From Tubiluchus corallicola (Eukaryota > Animalia > Priapulida), in contig JAQGDQ010000509.1 in NCBI GenBank assembly GCA_030141605.1, positions 1 to 64,000 of the forward strand: a stretch of DNA of 64,000 nucleotides. Direction: 5' to 3'. Below, piece by piece: positions 1-13,825 of this stretch. The notes beneath the pieces are model-generated. The model worked only from the letters and a program-made list of their open reading frames with translations. It did no database searches and was not told the origin of the DNA. The position numbers and the translations under genes are program-made. Positions within the stretch are counted from its first letter, which is position 1, and each line of letters starts with the position of its first letter.

Positions 1-339
1 TGATATTCTACATCAATGTGGAAAACTGGTAAGGTTACTTTTTTGTGGCAAGCTTTGCAGAAGGGCAATATATAAACGTCATATTGGTTTTTATTGGTGA
101 CTTGTTTAATTTTACAGTACACCTAACTGGAAGAATTTCTTGTATATTTTCAGGAAGGTTTGCTGTCTAGTTTAACTAAATTATCGAGTTTGACCATATC
201 TAGGAATGCATTTACAGCCTTTCCAATGGGAGGTCCAGCACAGTTCTGCTCTGTACACGTATGTAATCTTTTTTCTGCTAAATGTAAATGTTTATTACAG
301 CTATTGAAAAGGATTTTATAGTGTTTTCTCATTTTATTT
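1..339 (+). repeat. Inverted copy of 1706-2044, including a plus-strand copy (154-258) of the SHOC2 exon 1787-1891; runs off the window edge
   Basis: 1-339 is the reverse complement of 1706-2044 with about one mismatch seen. ORFs 150..332(-) and 1581..1895(+) share the same peptide except R/I. Confidence 0.95.
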
Positions 340-540
340 CATTATCTTACTTGTGGAATTAGCTATAACCTGTTTATTATATTAAGGCAAGTTGCATACA
401 AGAATAGCAATATTTATTCAGAAAAGCAATTAGTTTTCCTTCAGCATCTGTAAAATGAAATTATTTTCAAATAGGTAAATGTGAAATAAGAGATGAAGAA
501 TTTTTTTTAACCTAATACTCAAGTTTTGTAAATGCTTTAA

Positions 541-1217
541 GGTCAAGAAAATCGGTGAAGTAGGTTTCAGAAAAATCGACTTAAAAATTATATTAATTTA
601 TAGCAATCTTAAGCGTATATCATACTCACACTAAAAGAAATTCCCACTGTCTTTTATTTTAAATCTCCGGCAATACTGTTCCAACTGTGCCATTACGTCA
701 AGCACCCACAACCTAAATCTTTAAACTACATGCACACATTGCACAGTATTGTACACCCAGCAAATTGAAAGACTTCATGATTGAGTACTTGTTGTTGGCG
801 GTGTGCACATTGTGGGAGATTGTACAGTACTTCCTGAAATTTCGCGAGTAACTTTTATCGATTTCTGATTGTCTAAAGTCATTTGGTTGGCGGGTTGAGT
901 TGCAAATTATTGTTAAAGACTACCGATTCATCCAATGGCGGCAAGGAAGTAGTAATAACATCTCGTCTGTGATTCACTCAGTGACACAGGAACTTCATTT
1001 TCAATTTCAGCTTAAATGGGGGCTCTTGGAATGACAGCTGCTGTGAACTTGATTCAAGTAGCAGCGAAAGTCTTGACTGTAAAATTTTATGCATTCACAT
1101 TTTATATTAACTTTTTGTTAGATTTGCACTGAAGATTTAAAAAAATGTTATTTTAGGTTTCTTTATCACGTAGATTTTTTTAAAACCTATAGGCCTTTTA
1201 CCCGAGGAAGCACTGCT
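541..1217. mobile_element. Possible degenerate non-autonomous DNA transposon (TTAA-flanked, Kolobok-like)
   Basis: TTAA at 537-540 and 1218-1221. Imperfect subterminal inverted match of taggtttcagaaaaatcgac with gtagattttttaaaaccta. Confidence 0.3.
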
Positions 1218-1786
1218 TTAATTAGATATCGATGCATTACTAACATGTATTTACTTTTTAGGGTTTCACATTTTTTCATAAAAAACCATTATACTTTGAC
1301 TGAAATGTGTTCAACTTTCAGTCAATTATCATTTTCCTTTTACACTCCCTTGAGACCAAAGTTTTGGGTGATTTCGTTGTCAACTTGTTTGTCAAAATTT
1401 TTTAATGAATTAACTCACCTGAAGACACCGTGAGTAATTTTTATAAAAAGTAATTATTTTTTTATCAATTTACTACATACATGCAAGACTTTTGATTACA
1501 AAACACATTAGCAAGGAGTAACAATGATGTCCAGTTAAATTTAATGACAACTGACAAATAAAATAGCCTAATAATTTTGGTTGCCACTGGGCTTATTGCT
1601 GCTTGTGTCATCTAAACTAGATCCAACAATATCAACAACTTTGCAAATTAACAGTTATTATTCGAGCATTTATATTACTCATGTTTGGTTAACAAGCACA
1701 TGTGTAAATAAAATGAGAAAACACTATAAAATCCTTTTCAATAGCTGTAATAAACATTTACATTTAGCAGAAAAAATATTACATAC

Positions 1787-4700
1787 GTGTACAGAGCAGA
1801 ACTGTGCTGGACCTCCCATTGGAAAGGCTGTAAATGCATTCCTAGATATGGTCAAACTCGATAATTTAGTTAAACTAGACAGCAAACCTTCCTGAAAATA
1901 TACAAGAAATTCTTCCAGTTAGGTGTACTGTAAAATTAAACAAGTCACCAATAAAAACCAATATGACGTTTATATATTGCCCTTCTGCAAAGCTTGCCAC
2001 AAAAAAGTAACCTTACCAGTTTTCCACATTGATGTAGAATATCATATAAACGACTTAACCTTAAGTCCTTTATCAAACATTACACTTTATACTACATGAT
2101 ATAGTATAGAACTATCAAGATCACTACCCAAAAAGTTTAGTCTCAGTTCTTAAGGTTCTGGCTATTTAAAATGCATTTTTGGTAACTAAATGCCCTTAAA
2201 TTTGAGTCTGCATTCAAACCGTACACTCCACTCCAAACTGTAAATTTATTTTCTTTGTGTAAATATAATGTATGCAAGTACATATAATCATTGAATGGCT
2301 CAAATTAGTTATTAGAATAAAGATAACACCCAATTTTTAAATATTCATGGGTCATTGTTTATCTAATTCTGAGAGCCATTTGAAATATACATTGACACAC
2401 AATGTTATTTAAAAATTTATAATGCAATATAAATCCTGATCAACAATTGGTAATTTCTACAACTTGACACTAGGTCACCTTTGCGACAACATTTTGTTAA
2501 ACAAGTTACCAATTGTTGACACAGAGGCAACTCACCGGTAATTGTGAAATATTGTTTCCTTCTATGTTAAACTCTTCCAAGTTGACACAGTTGCTCAGAG
2601 TGCTTGGAACAGCATTTAGTCTGTTGTATCTATAATAATAAAAAATTAAGTAATATTCAACTCTTACAAATAAATAAGTGGTGTCTACCAGACATTAGGA
2701 ACACGATACATTATGTGTATCCGTTATAGATAAAAATCAGTTTATATTATTTTCAATGAACTCATTTATCAGATCTGCATATGCATTATTTTTTCCGCAG
2801 CTATTTCCTTTTGATTTTTAATGATTTCACATTCTTCTTGTAACTTCCAGGCACTAATAAAAGTTGATAAGTTATTTCCATTCTTTTCATATTTAAAGGC
2901 GAACAGGCAAAAATTAACTCACCTTAAGCCAAGTCTAGAAAGAGATGTAAGATTCCCTAAAGAATCAGGGATATCTCTGAGTTCATTATGTTGCAGGTCT
3001 AATGATGATGTGTGCTGACATCGTCCAATTTCTGAAATTTATTACACAGTAAAACAAACCATTAAATCTACATGACAAATGTGTAACACAAAGTGTAAAT
3101 TAATAATAAAGTAATGGGATTAAGCCTACTAAGCTCTTGCACAATTTAAACATAGGTTAAGAGACAACAACAAAATTTTGTTTTTCAACTGAAACAAAAG
3201 CAAAGAAAAATCTGAAAAGTGCAATGGTCAATCAACAGAAATCTCAAACATTCCACAACGTTCGAAATTTTCCTGACAATTTTTTTAGATAGCAAATCAA
3301 AATATCAAGGCATCACAAAACACCATTAAAATGCAATCATTATACATATATAATATTTCGGTTGTTCACCAGCCTTTCCCAAATGATAAATAACAGAAAA
3401 AAACAAATGCAAAGATCAGTTTGAAATCTTAAAACATTTAATGCAAGATATAATAGAACAATATATAAAAATTATTAAATTATGATGCAAATTGTAAGAA
3501 CAAAACACAAATTCACTATAGTAATGAGTAAATTTCCTCTAATGCTCAATTTTTGAATTTGATAACGGATTATTAACTGTAATAATTTATGCATGCTTCT
3601 TTGATCAAAAATTCGAATTAATTTCTGAGAGACTTGCAGTATAACTACATGTCTAAATTTGTCTGAAGTGATTAGTTCATTACAAAAAGTTAGATGTGCA
3701 ACACTTAATTAACTATTTCTATGTTTGCGTTCATAATTTGATTACCTAGTTGCGTTATAGTCTGACCTATATGCTGATTGTTGGAACTAAGACATCTAAA
3801 CTATATATCACATTGGCAAGACGAAAATTATGACAAGGAATATCTTTTTCTCTGAAACATAAAGATGTGAACATATTCTTTGTATTGATAGAAATTGGCT
3901 TCATTATATTAGCAGCCCGAAAAATAAAGCTAATGTTATTTGCTCTTACACTGCTGATAAATGGCAATTTTGCACATCCAAATAGAATTATTTTAAGGCT
4001 TGATTATTGGAACTAATTAACATCTTGAATACTAGTAGCAGTTGTAGTAGGATCTGCAACAGACATGTTTGTAAGATTTCAAAAATTTCTATTGTTTACA
4101 TTATTTGAGAAGGCTAAAGAACAACCAAAAGTTCAAAATGTCATGCCAACATTCCAACATATTTACATTTAATTTTTTAGAATATGAATTAGGAATGTGC
4201 ACAAATAATTGATTATCCTATGTACAGTGTACTGACCATACGATCAATACCACCAGCTCATTTACGGAGGCAAAAACCAACATACTGTCTCGACAAAAAC
4301 AATCTGCAATCTTGCCACCTTTGCCTTGTCGTAGACAAAGAAAAACAGTCATTCCACAGTCTTGATAATTGCCGCCTGGGATAAATCACGAGGGAATTGG
4401 ATATACTGTATATACTTAGTCATCACTATGAAATCAAAGAGCTTGGTCAGAGAACCTTATGGAAAAATTAATTCAAACACTGCAGAATATTCATTCCACA
4501 GTCAGCTCACTGCCTTGCGTAATTCACTGGGAAATTGGGTATACTGCATATACTGAGTCGCCATTATGAAATCAAAGAGCTTGTTCAGAGAACCTTATGG
4601 AAAAATTAATTCAAACACTGCAGAATATTCATTCCACAGTCAGCTCACTGCCTTGCGTAATTCTCTGGGAAATTGGGTACACTGTATATACTGAGTCGTC

Positions 4701-7700
4701 ATTATGAAATCAAAGAGCAAGTCTAGCTAGAAATTAATCAGTAGAAATATGAATAAAACTCATAATACTTTTAATTTATGTGATCTGAGCAGCAATGATT
4801 TTTGCCTTTGGAATATATCTCAATTCTTTGCGTCGTAACTTAACACCATATTTTGCTGGAACACAATAGCATTGTAAAAATGAGGACTTACTATATACAA
4901 GTTTAGAAATTTAGGACAGGACAAAAGTCAAGGTGGCTTTACCAAGCTGTATGTAATAAAGTTCTACCTTCAGGTAAATGTTCTAGGTGGTTGTGGGCAA
5001 CATCGAAATTTACTAAGTTCACTAGTCGACCGATAGCTCGTGGCAATTCTTTGATTTTATTTTCTCTCAGACTCAACATACTCAAATGCTGAAAATATAA
5101 TTAAACAAATAAACAAATAAAAACTTAAAAAGAATCTTTAACAGCAAGTTTGCAATAAGTTCATTTCAAATACTAGTAAAAGTCTAGGACCTAGACAAGT
5201 TCACCTTGTCCATTTTTATTAAATACCAAAATATTTTCTTTGCTTTTCTCATTGGTAGAAACAGAATCATCTAATAAACAATAAATGTGATGTTACCCTA
5301 CAGCAACATATAGTACCCATTTGATAAACCACTTTGATCCAATAAACAATGATTTGCAACTGCAATAACTCATGAATGTTTGTTATGATTTACAACCTAG
5401 ACAAGGCATCTACCAGAACAAAATATGCTTGCTTTTAGGGAATTAGTGCATTTATAAGCCATTTTGAAAATCAATGGCTTACTATTTCGTATTTTGAAAT
5501 ACCTGATACAAGTCAGAGATAATATGACTTCACACAGAATAATATGACATTTTATAACTTTATTATAAAAAATGAATTAATTCCTTCAAGAAGGGCATGT
5601 CAATGTCAAACCTTGCATATTTATCTCCATCAAATGTCATTGTGATATTTAATTCATAAGATTTGGATAAATTTGTTTCTTGCACCATGTGCATTCGTCT
5701 TAAAAAAACATACGTTTTTGTTTCAGATATTTCATAATTGTTTTATGCACTTCATTTCGTTTTTGCAAAAGCATGGATATTTGCTTCTTATATAACAGGT
5801 TATTTATTTCATATAATCAAACACATTTTTTATTTTTATACTGTTCAAAAATTACATGTATTTGTTTCTTAAATCACATGTATTTATTTTAAACAGTTTT
5901 CTGTTATGAATTCTGAAATAACTCATGCAGTCACACTGTAGAAATTGTCTCTATCAGTGTGGACCCAATAATTATTGTAAATGCTTTTTAGTGCTAATGA
6001 TTCATTTACAGCTGTTTGACAACAGGCAAGAAAAATGACAAGAGTGGTGATAGTATATGCTTTTAAACTCACAATGTTGCGCCTGGTTGGGCATGGATGG
6101 GTAATACCAGGAAATCACTTTTGGAAATTTTATGTACTTCTTTGAGGCAGAATGTATAAGACAGAGCAGTATCTGTTAAATCATCATCTCATCTTAGATT
6201 AGTTTTCATAAAGAGGTAAGTTGTGGTCATGACTACATCGTTTCTGTTTGCAATTTGAAATGTTTGATCTTTACTCATGCATTAATCTACCCAAAATAAA
6301 AAGTAGCTTCATTAATGATATAGCAAACATTCAACTTACCACCAAAGAACCGATTTCGTCTCCAACTTCTTTGATTCGATTAAATCTAAGGAAGAGCGTC
6401 GTCAGTGATGTTAATTTGTACACTACGCTTGGTATCTAGAACAAACGGTAGTTTTCTATTAATTATTGAATTAGCATCACGATAATGATCTTAGGGTGAG
6501 CTAGCAATGAATTAAACGGAATAACCTCCTCATTGATTCATTCACTGAAATCCTATCCCACATTCCTGTGCAACAAAGGCATTAATAAACTGCTAATTTC
6601 TTGTAGATCTGTCAGTTTATTATGTGTTAAGCTAATAATATATTTGATTGTTTATGTGCAATACCTTCATTTCCACGAAATGGCAAACATGTGGTGTACA
6701 ATATAAATTTGTGCAAAGCTGCAATCACAAGTAGTTATAATCTTGCATAAACAGTAACATTATACAATCACTTCTTTACTTTTTTATTATCTATTTTTAT
6801 TTTAAACAAACTAGTTACATGCATATTACTTATAAACATACACAGAGAAAAAGGAAAAAATATGAAGCAATGAAGACCTAATAAAGTAGTAAAACACTGC
6901 TGTTTTATTGGTTCACTCACCTCTGTAAGTTTGTTATGTCTTAAATCAAGCACCCGTAGCTGTCGAAGATTTACCAAACTTTCCGGGAGACTCATTAACG
7001 AGTTTTCACTAAGTGCCAGAGTCTGCAAGTTTACCAACTGTCCTATTTCCGTCGGAAGAGTTGTCAATTTGTTGCCATACACATAAAATTCTACTAGGTG
7101 TTTAAGCTCTTTCACGGAAGGTGGCAAAGCAGAAATCTGCAAAAAAAATTTCAAACCTCCCAATTTTTGACAAAACACTGATAAATTTTGGACTTCTATG
7201 TGAAATTCTATCTAATTTAGTGACACTTTTACTCCCAAAAGAACATTCATCAATTGAGTTTAATTCTAATTATTTGCACTGCAAAAAAAGAACAAGAATG
7301 AAGTTATCTCTTGCATCACACATTTTAAATACTATCACGCAGTGGTTCAAGATTCTGGGTTCAGCATTCAAGATTATGCCTGTAACTGTTATAAACAACA
7401 ATTCTAAAACTTCTTTATTCACATCAAAAAATAATAATAGATAGTCACAATTCAATATGTCACATTCATGGCAGGAAAACCTATAGTGAAAAAAAAAAAA
7501 ACAACAAAGACCGGACAAGCCCACATATTTAAAATGTGAAGTTGCAGCAAACAGAATTTAGTCTTTTGTTTTGCTTTATAGTCTCAGAATTTTACTCCAA
7601 GAATTCTGTAAAACCAAGAACACCTGCTGCATAAATTACCTATATTTGATCATTGAATTCCTCACAGTTTTGGAGCATTAAGTTAAACAATTTGCAAAAA

Positions 7701-10700
7701 AAGATAAATTTATAAACTCAATATGATATTTCAATATACAGTGAAATAAAAAAAATGGCAAATCAATTGATCTATTACAGCTGGATATACTCTAGCTGAT
7801 CAAACCATGAAGCAGTTGTTTCCAACTTCAGATACTAAGTTAATTATATAAACTAGTAAAAAAGAACAAAATTTTAGCAAAAACGTGTAGCAACCAATTG
7901 AAGCAGTGATAATAATATGATGAATGTGATGAACTTACACTTGATTTACTTAAATCTATCCTAGTATTTCCCTCTTCTTTACATCGGCTAAATTCTTTGG
8001 AAACATCCTGTTAAGAAACAAAAGTTATTTACTAAAAGTGAAATTAACTACCAGGAAATGATGTGGCGGACATTTAAAGATCTTTTCAACACAACTTAAA
8101 TGCACTTCCGCTTGTACTTGCATGTGTGAATGCATGTGCTTACATACAAGTTTGTGACAGTGACTTTTTATAATAAAATAAAAATGGATAAACAGATAAC
8201 ATGTCGTTATACAGCTTTTCAGAATAAGATCAATAGTGGCATGAATGCGAGCAATATAAAGTCATGCTGCAATTAAAAGATATTGATGTCAGACATTTTA
8301 ATATTTTAAAGAATATGACAAAGACGTTCCAGCAATGAAAAGAAACTATTTCCCAATTTCAATGGCAAGAAGTAACGTGACATATGAAATAATGCTGCTG
8401 GTGTGCACACTTGCATACATTTTCATGTCTCAAACGTCTGATGACGAATATAAAAATATATTTTCATATCATACCAAAGATTTTTACACATAGAAAACTA
8501 TCTTTATTACTTGTAATAAAAAAAGTTCAGGTGGGCCAAATAACTTACTAGGTCAGCTGTGGCAAAAGCCTTCCCCTTTTTAACTGTTGGATTTGTAGGT
8601 TTGGCTTTGTTAGAGCCTGGTTGTGATACCATGACTTGTCGAGGTCGTGTTGGGTCAGGTTGTGAAGTAGTAGTCATGCTCGGCTTCTTCTCCTGCAGTT
8701 AAATAAACATATTTATTTATGCAAATATTACTTACTTTATTTACTGCATGTATTGCAGTAGATTCAAGACTGCATAGAATTACGATTTAGATCTAAGGTT
8801 GGTTATATGACAGGCAATAAGTAATTAGTGTTTGGTTAAGTATATTATAATAATTTACTTAAATAAGTCCTAAATAATTATTATCAGTTATGGTAACTCT
8901 TTAGATATTCAGCTATTTCACCTATATATCCAACGAAACGATAAATTATTATACTCAGCTAAAATTTATGTTTTTCTTAAACATTCATTACTACACCAAG
9001 TGTTTTATAGGCTTAAGAATTTTAGTTGCAGGTAAATAATGAGCCTACTAGTAATTCAGCTTACCAGCTGAATGTGCTACTTTTTGCAGCTATCGCTAAG
9101 TTACCGTTACATGAAATTCCCACTGATAGCTGTGCTATTAGCAGTAGAGCTCAAATCATGGTCGTGGTAACCACAGAGTCTCAGGGGTCCAGGGATCATA
9201 CTGATACTGGCATTGACACTATGGGGATAATTTAGGTTATCAACAGTACCTATAGTTTGATTTGTCAGGCTTTACAGGCTCTGTAATGTTGTTAAGTTAG
9301 TGTGAATGTAGTGCCTTTACTATAGCACTCATATCTCGGTTTGCAGGACCTCGTTTTTATGGATATCGAAAAAATCGGACAAAATCTGGACCGTTAAAAG
9401 TACAGCATATTACAATCCGTTGTTTCGTGTGCTGACCGCTAGTTGGCGGGCTGTCACTTTGTTTACATCATTACGTCAGTACAACTGTATACTTTGTATG
9501 TTAGGAAAGGCCGGTACTAGATGTTTATGATACATTAGGCAATTACTCTACATTACCGTGAATCTTATACACAGCACCTACTGTATTAGCTTAGTATCGG
9601 CAAATATGGACAATCAGCAAATTTGAACCGACGTTTTCCCACTTTTCTCTGGCAGACCGAGATATGAGTGTACAACCACTAAATCCACTGTTACAAAGCA
9701 GCCATGAGAACTAACTGTGTCGTGCCTATGCATAATTTTTCCATATATTTGCATATAAAAGCTTTATTAGTCATTTTACAAAATAAGACATTGCAACTTA
9801 TGCTATATAAACCCAAACTTCGTCAGAACAAATCCTCAGTGAACATCACTAAAGTCATTTAAGTGCAGACAAAATGCTTTTATCATGCCTCAGTCTGCAG
9901 TGACACCAGCTGGCAAAAAGCCAACACTGCAGTACTCGTGAATTTAAACAAAAATTTTTGCATTTGTTCCTTACTTAAACATCAGCCAATGCCTGTTGGA
10001 GATTAATAAGTTTTCCAGCAGTCTAACCCACCAATGGTCAATCATTATCATGGGACTTAATGCATAAGCTAGTTGTGATGATACAATGAGCACACAATTA
10101 TTTTAAGTTTAGTGAAAGAAAAGTCAGTATCGAATATGAAGCTGGAATATTATATTGCCCACAGCCCTTCATGACACAGGCAGCTTTTAGCTCAATAATT
10201 TTTCCTGTACTGGTGGGCCACAGTAGGTGCACACGAAATTAAATAGCCTTATAAGTGGTTATATCCTGGCAACAGTGATAAAAATAAGTGGGATATACAT
10301 ACATTACTCTTACATACATTACTTCATAAATTATATGTAACACCTGCATCTTTAAAATAAAATGGACAGAAAGTAGAATGTGGGATATACATACATTAGT
10401 CTTACATACATTACTTCATAAATTATATGTATCGCCTGCATCTTTAAAATAGAATAGATAGAAAGCAGAATACAACAGAAAATCTTTGCTGCATACTGAA
10501 TGTTTACCATCCAGTTTTCTTGTTAAGTGAAATACAGTAACAAAAGTTTTAAGTTGTCTGCTAGCTGTAGTAACTATGGCAGCATGCTATAGAAATAATT
10601 ATTGAAAGAATGCAGAGTATTAAGTGTAGGCAGGGCACGTGACTTATGTTTCATAAATCTATACATCTGCTTGGTCAGCAGTGAAGTATATTGTCAAGCA

Positions 10701-13700
10701 TCTGCCGTGTAAATTAACGCTAATGACCACCTTGCATCTAGGAATCTAATTTTTTTTTAAATCAGAAATATAGGAAAGTTTCATATATTATGCATAAATG
10801 ATCAAAAACGACGCATTATTAACGTAAGCGAAAATTTGAGATATGTGATGCGATTTTAAATGATTTTTTATGTGTATTAGCATAGGAGCTCAACGGGACT
10901 TTTAAATGTGATATGAAATAACCAAAACTACAAATTTATGAGATAAGTGATAAGTGGAGTTAAAATGTATCCATTTTCTAGCTAGTATTTGAAAAGTCCA
11001 GTACAAAATAGCAGCACACTAGATGAAAGTACACAAAACTAACCAAACAACAAAATATGTGTGAACAAACAAACCTTGTGTCTATCAGCAGATGTGCTAG
11101 GTAAATCAACCTCATGAATCTCCATACCATGAGTAGCACTAGGACTACCAGCCATCTCTTCGGGAGAACTGGGTGTAGTTGGGCTATTCCCTGTAACAAA
11201 GTAAGTCAGTTAGCCCGGGTTTTCAAATGAGAAAGTAAGGGCTGCAGAGAAATATATTTAAGTCAAGTTATAGCTCAGTTATAGGGTTTAGAAAATCATT
11301 AACAAATGCATTTCATATTGTGTTAAAATATGTTGTGAACGCAGTTTTTACGTGTTCCTGAGCCTTCGCTAGTCTATCTTAAATGGCAGGTAGAATATTT
11401 AAATGGAAAACGTATTTGACTCACTTCAGAAAGTAGCCTACTGCAACTGAGTGCATCACCACAAAAATAACAAGACAATAACAAAGAATTCAGATGCAAA
11501 TCCACGTGCGTAATGTCGTGACAGTGTTTATACCAGACTATACCTGGTCAAGTGCCTTTAAACTATCCTAAGTTTTTTACACCATTGTCTGAGTCCCTAT
11601 TTCAGATATCTGTCTAACAAGTTTTGTAACTCAAGTTACTACAGTTTTAGAGTTATTCAATGTTATGCATTACATTTTGCCTCTTATCTCAGGCCCTTGA
11701 ACAGTATCAGCTTTCATAACCATATCATTGTCTGAGCACCTACCCTACCTCCCGAAATGTTTCGTGGCTCCAGCTATTATAGTTTTAAAGTTATTCAGTG
11801 TTATACATTTTGGCTCCTATCTCGGGTCCTTAAAGAAACTTAGCTTTTTAAAAGCCCAGGTACACGTGTACCTCTCAATAACTAAATACTTATGAAAAAA
11901 ATTCGAATGTAACCCAAAGCCCTATGACGAACGGCACGATGAATGGCAATCGAAAAACGACTGACGTCCAGTGTCCTTGATCTCTTAACTCAGGTCATCG
12001 CTGACCATATTACTTTCAATGCTCCTACCCCAGGAATCTCTACCTTGCAAGTTTCGTTACTCTGCATTTGCAAGTTAAAATGAATCAAAACTGGGAAAAT
12101 TGAATGCGTAACACAATGAAAATCATGATATAGGTTCTCTTAGATCTACAATAAAAGCACTTGGGAATAAAAAGTGCACTGGTCATTTTCCTGCTGAATA
12201 CAGAATCTACAGAAGATCTTAAAAGTGCCATTTTTTTGTACTCAGCATAAATGGAATACAAAGGGACAAAAGATTTTTCATTTTGCAAAAGTGGAAAGCA
12301 ATCAAGAAAGTGCTATCGTTTCTTTCTTTTCTACAAAGGTTAGAGAACCGCATCCTTTACAAACTAACGCCACACTTAGAAAAAATTATGAAAAGATATT
12401 ATAACTGCTAAGTTTTTGTCAGTAGTTAAAAAACAAATTAAGTGAAAGTTAAAATATTGTACACACTATCCACTTTACTTACAACCAAATTATGCTTCAA
12501 TCACATACCAACTACAACAATCTGATTCATTTAATCTACCACTACATAAAGCTTACTAAAGTAAAAACTACATTATGTAGAAACAAACAATCAAAGTCAT
12601 TGTATATCTAGCAGTACACTCACTTCAATAATATCTACGTGTATATGTGAAACTTAAAAAACACTGTCAGCCTTTATTCACATCATTACAAGGTAATTAA
12701 CCATGTTAATATACTCCTATTAGTTAATATACGAACAAGTTAAGCTATACACGGAACACACAGAATTGGTTCCAGACAAGTCAAAAAGCGTACTCCCGAA
12801 TTACCAGATTATCATCAAGTAGGACAACAGATTTCAAAATGTGAATTTATTTAACTCATCAACTGTTAGGGTGTTTGCAACCGATAAAAGTAAAAAATCC
12901 TTTCAGAAGGAAATGTTTTAGTCGATATCATCAACAAGTGAATTTATAAACAAAGAAACAAACAAATAAGCGAGTCTCCTCAAATCACTCACACAATGGT
13001 TCTCCAATAATTTCACTTAGTACACATTTCAGGGATAAAACCTTAAGTAACGCAGTACTTATTTCCAAGGTGGTCCCGATTATTGTAACCCACATGTTAC
13101 TTCGATAAACCTGCGCACTTAGTTCGAAAAAGCAGCAGTACCATTTTTAAGCCTTTGGAATGACTTCATCAAAAGTTGAACCCACAAACTCCCGTGTGGG
13201 AAGCAAGCATACTACCACTGGGCTATATTACTCAGGTTAAGAAACCCAAGCAGGAATACTCAAGAAAAAAGGATGAAAAATTATTATAATTCTTACTTGT
13301 TAGTCAACGATACTGACCTAACTTACCTTTTAAACTAAACTAAACTAAACTAATTAAGGAAGAAAATCCAACTAGAATTTGTTTTAATTTTGCTGGGCAT
13401 TTATTGGAAAAATGCAATCACAAAAAAACCATGATCGAATGTTGATCAGCGATCAATATATGCATAATGATTCCAAGTATCCACAGAGATGCATAAGAAC
13501 TGAAACATTTCTGTAGTAAAGAAGCACAACAATGTTTGGCACTCCAAGCACAGTTGAACAAGTTGACAAATAGCAAAATAAGAGCAAATGACCAACAAAC
13601 GTGAATTTCTTGCTATCAGTAATAGCTGCAATTATGCATTTCAACTATTCTTATATTCATTTTTACCTTACTGTATTAAAACAGGAAAATATAAAAAAGT

Positions 13701-13825
13701 GCCATAGTACACATACTGGTTAGCGGAGGGTGGGTCTCTCCTCGATAATCTGCCAGTCTTGCAGCTGCTTCCATATTTTGTTGTTCTACTCCTTTGCCTT
13801 TTCCACTTTTTTTAACTTGGGACAT
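1787..13825 (-). CDS. SHOC2: Leucine-rich repeat scaffold SHOC2/SUR-8, 5' part (10 coding exons, ~393 aa); C-terminal exons not found in the window
   Basis: Phase-consistent GT-AG exons: 13717-13825 (MSQVKKSG..), 11075-11190, 8549-8692 (..[11 protein letters not shown]), 7939-8007 ([23 protein letters not shown]), 6921-7136 ([21 protein letters not shown]), 6340-6435 ([21 protein letters not shown]..), 4968-5088 ([16 protein letters not shown]..), 2923-3031 (..[27 protein letters not shown]), 2536-2629 ([14 protein letters not shown]), 1787-1891 ([16 protein letters not shown]). The LRR series matches SHOC2 as recalled. The first two exons are supported by splice sites and frame only. Confidence 0.9.
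4349..4718. repeat. 138-bp tandem repeat, ~2.7 copies, in a SHOC2 intron
   Basis: tgaaatcaaagagc recurs at 4429, 4567 and 4705; tcattccacagtc also recurs. Confidence 0.9.
6921..7136 (-). CDS. SHOC2: SHOC2 internal LRR exon (72 codons)
   Basis: cag|ATT...GAG|gtgagt; lies within ORF 6768..7178; LxxLxLxxNxLxxLP repeats. Confidence 0.92.
9326..9670. mobile_element. MITE (~345 bp) with 19-bp terminal inverted repeats
   Basis: cactcatatctcggtttgc ... gcagaccgagatatgagtg (1 mismatch); no coding capacity. Confidence 0.7.
10288..10471. repeat. 92-bp direct tandem duplication
   Basis: gtgggatatacatacatta...agaat appears twice with a few substitutions. Confidence 0.9.
11467..12090. repeat. Diverged ~145-bp tandem units, possibly a Helentron-associated/pearl-like non-autonomous repeat
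   Basis: cattgtctgag...agttattca.tgttat...ttttg..tc.tatctc occurs twice, with a fainter third unit. The family assignment is an inference. Confidence 0.35.
13025..13232 (-). mobile_element. Degenerate tRNA-derived SINE
   Basis: Minus-strand A box TAGCCCAGTGG (13225-13215), B-box-like GGTTCAACT, then the gtcattccaaaggcttaaaaatggtac body typical of invertebrate tRNA-SINEs. Confidence 0.55.

Noticed and set aside
1412-1437. Back-to-back GTGAGT donor-like sites or a recursive splice site
   Set aside because: Short motifs with no supportable exon; compatible with chance
1581-1895. 104-aa ORF and its 60-aa twin at 150..332
   Set aside because: Antisense shadow frames of the SHOC2 exon and its inverted copy
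4349-4718. CRISPR-like array
   Set aside because: Plain head-to-tail repeat with no unique spacers, in a eukaryotic intron
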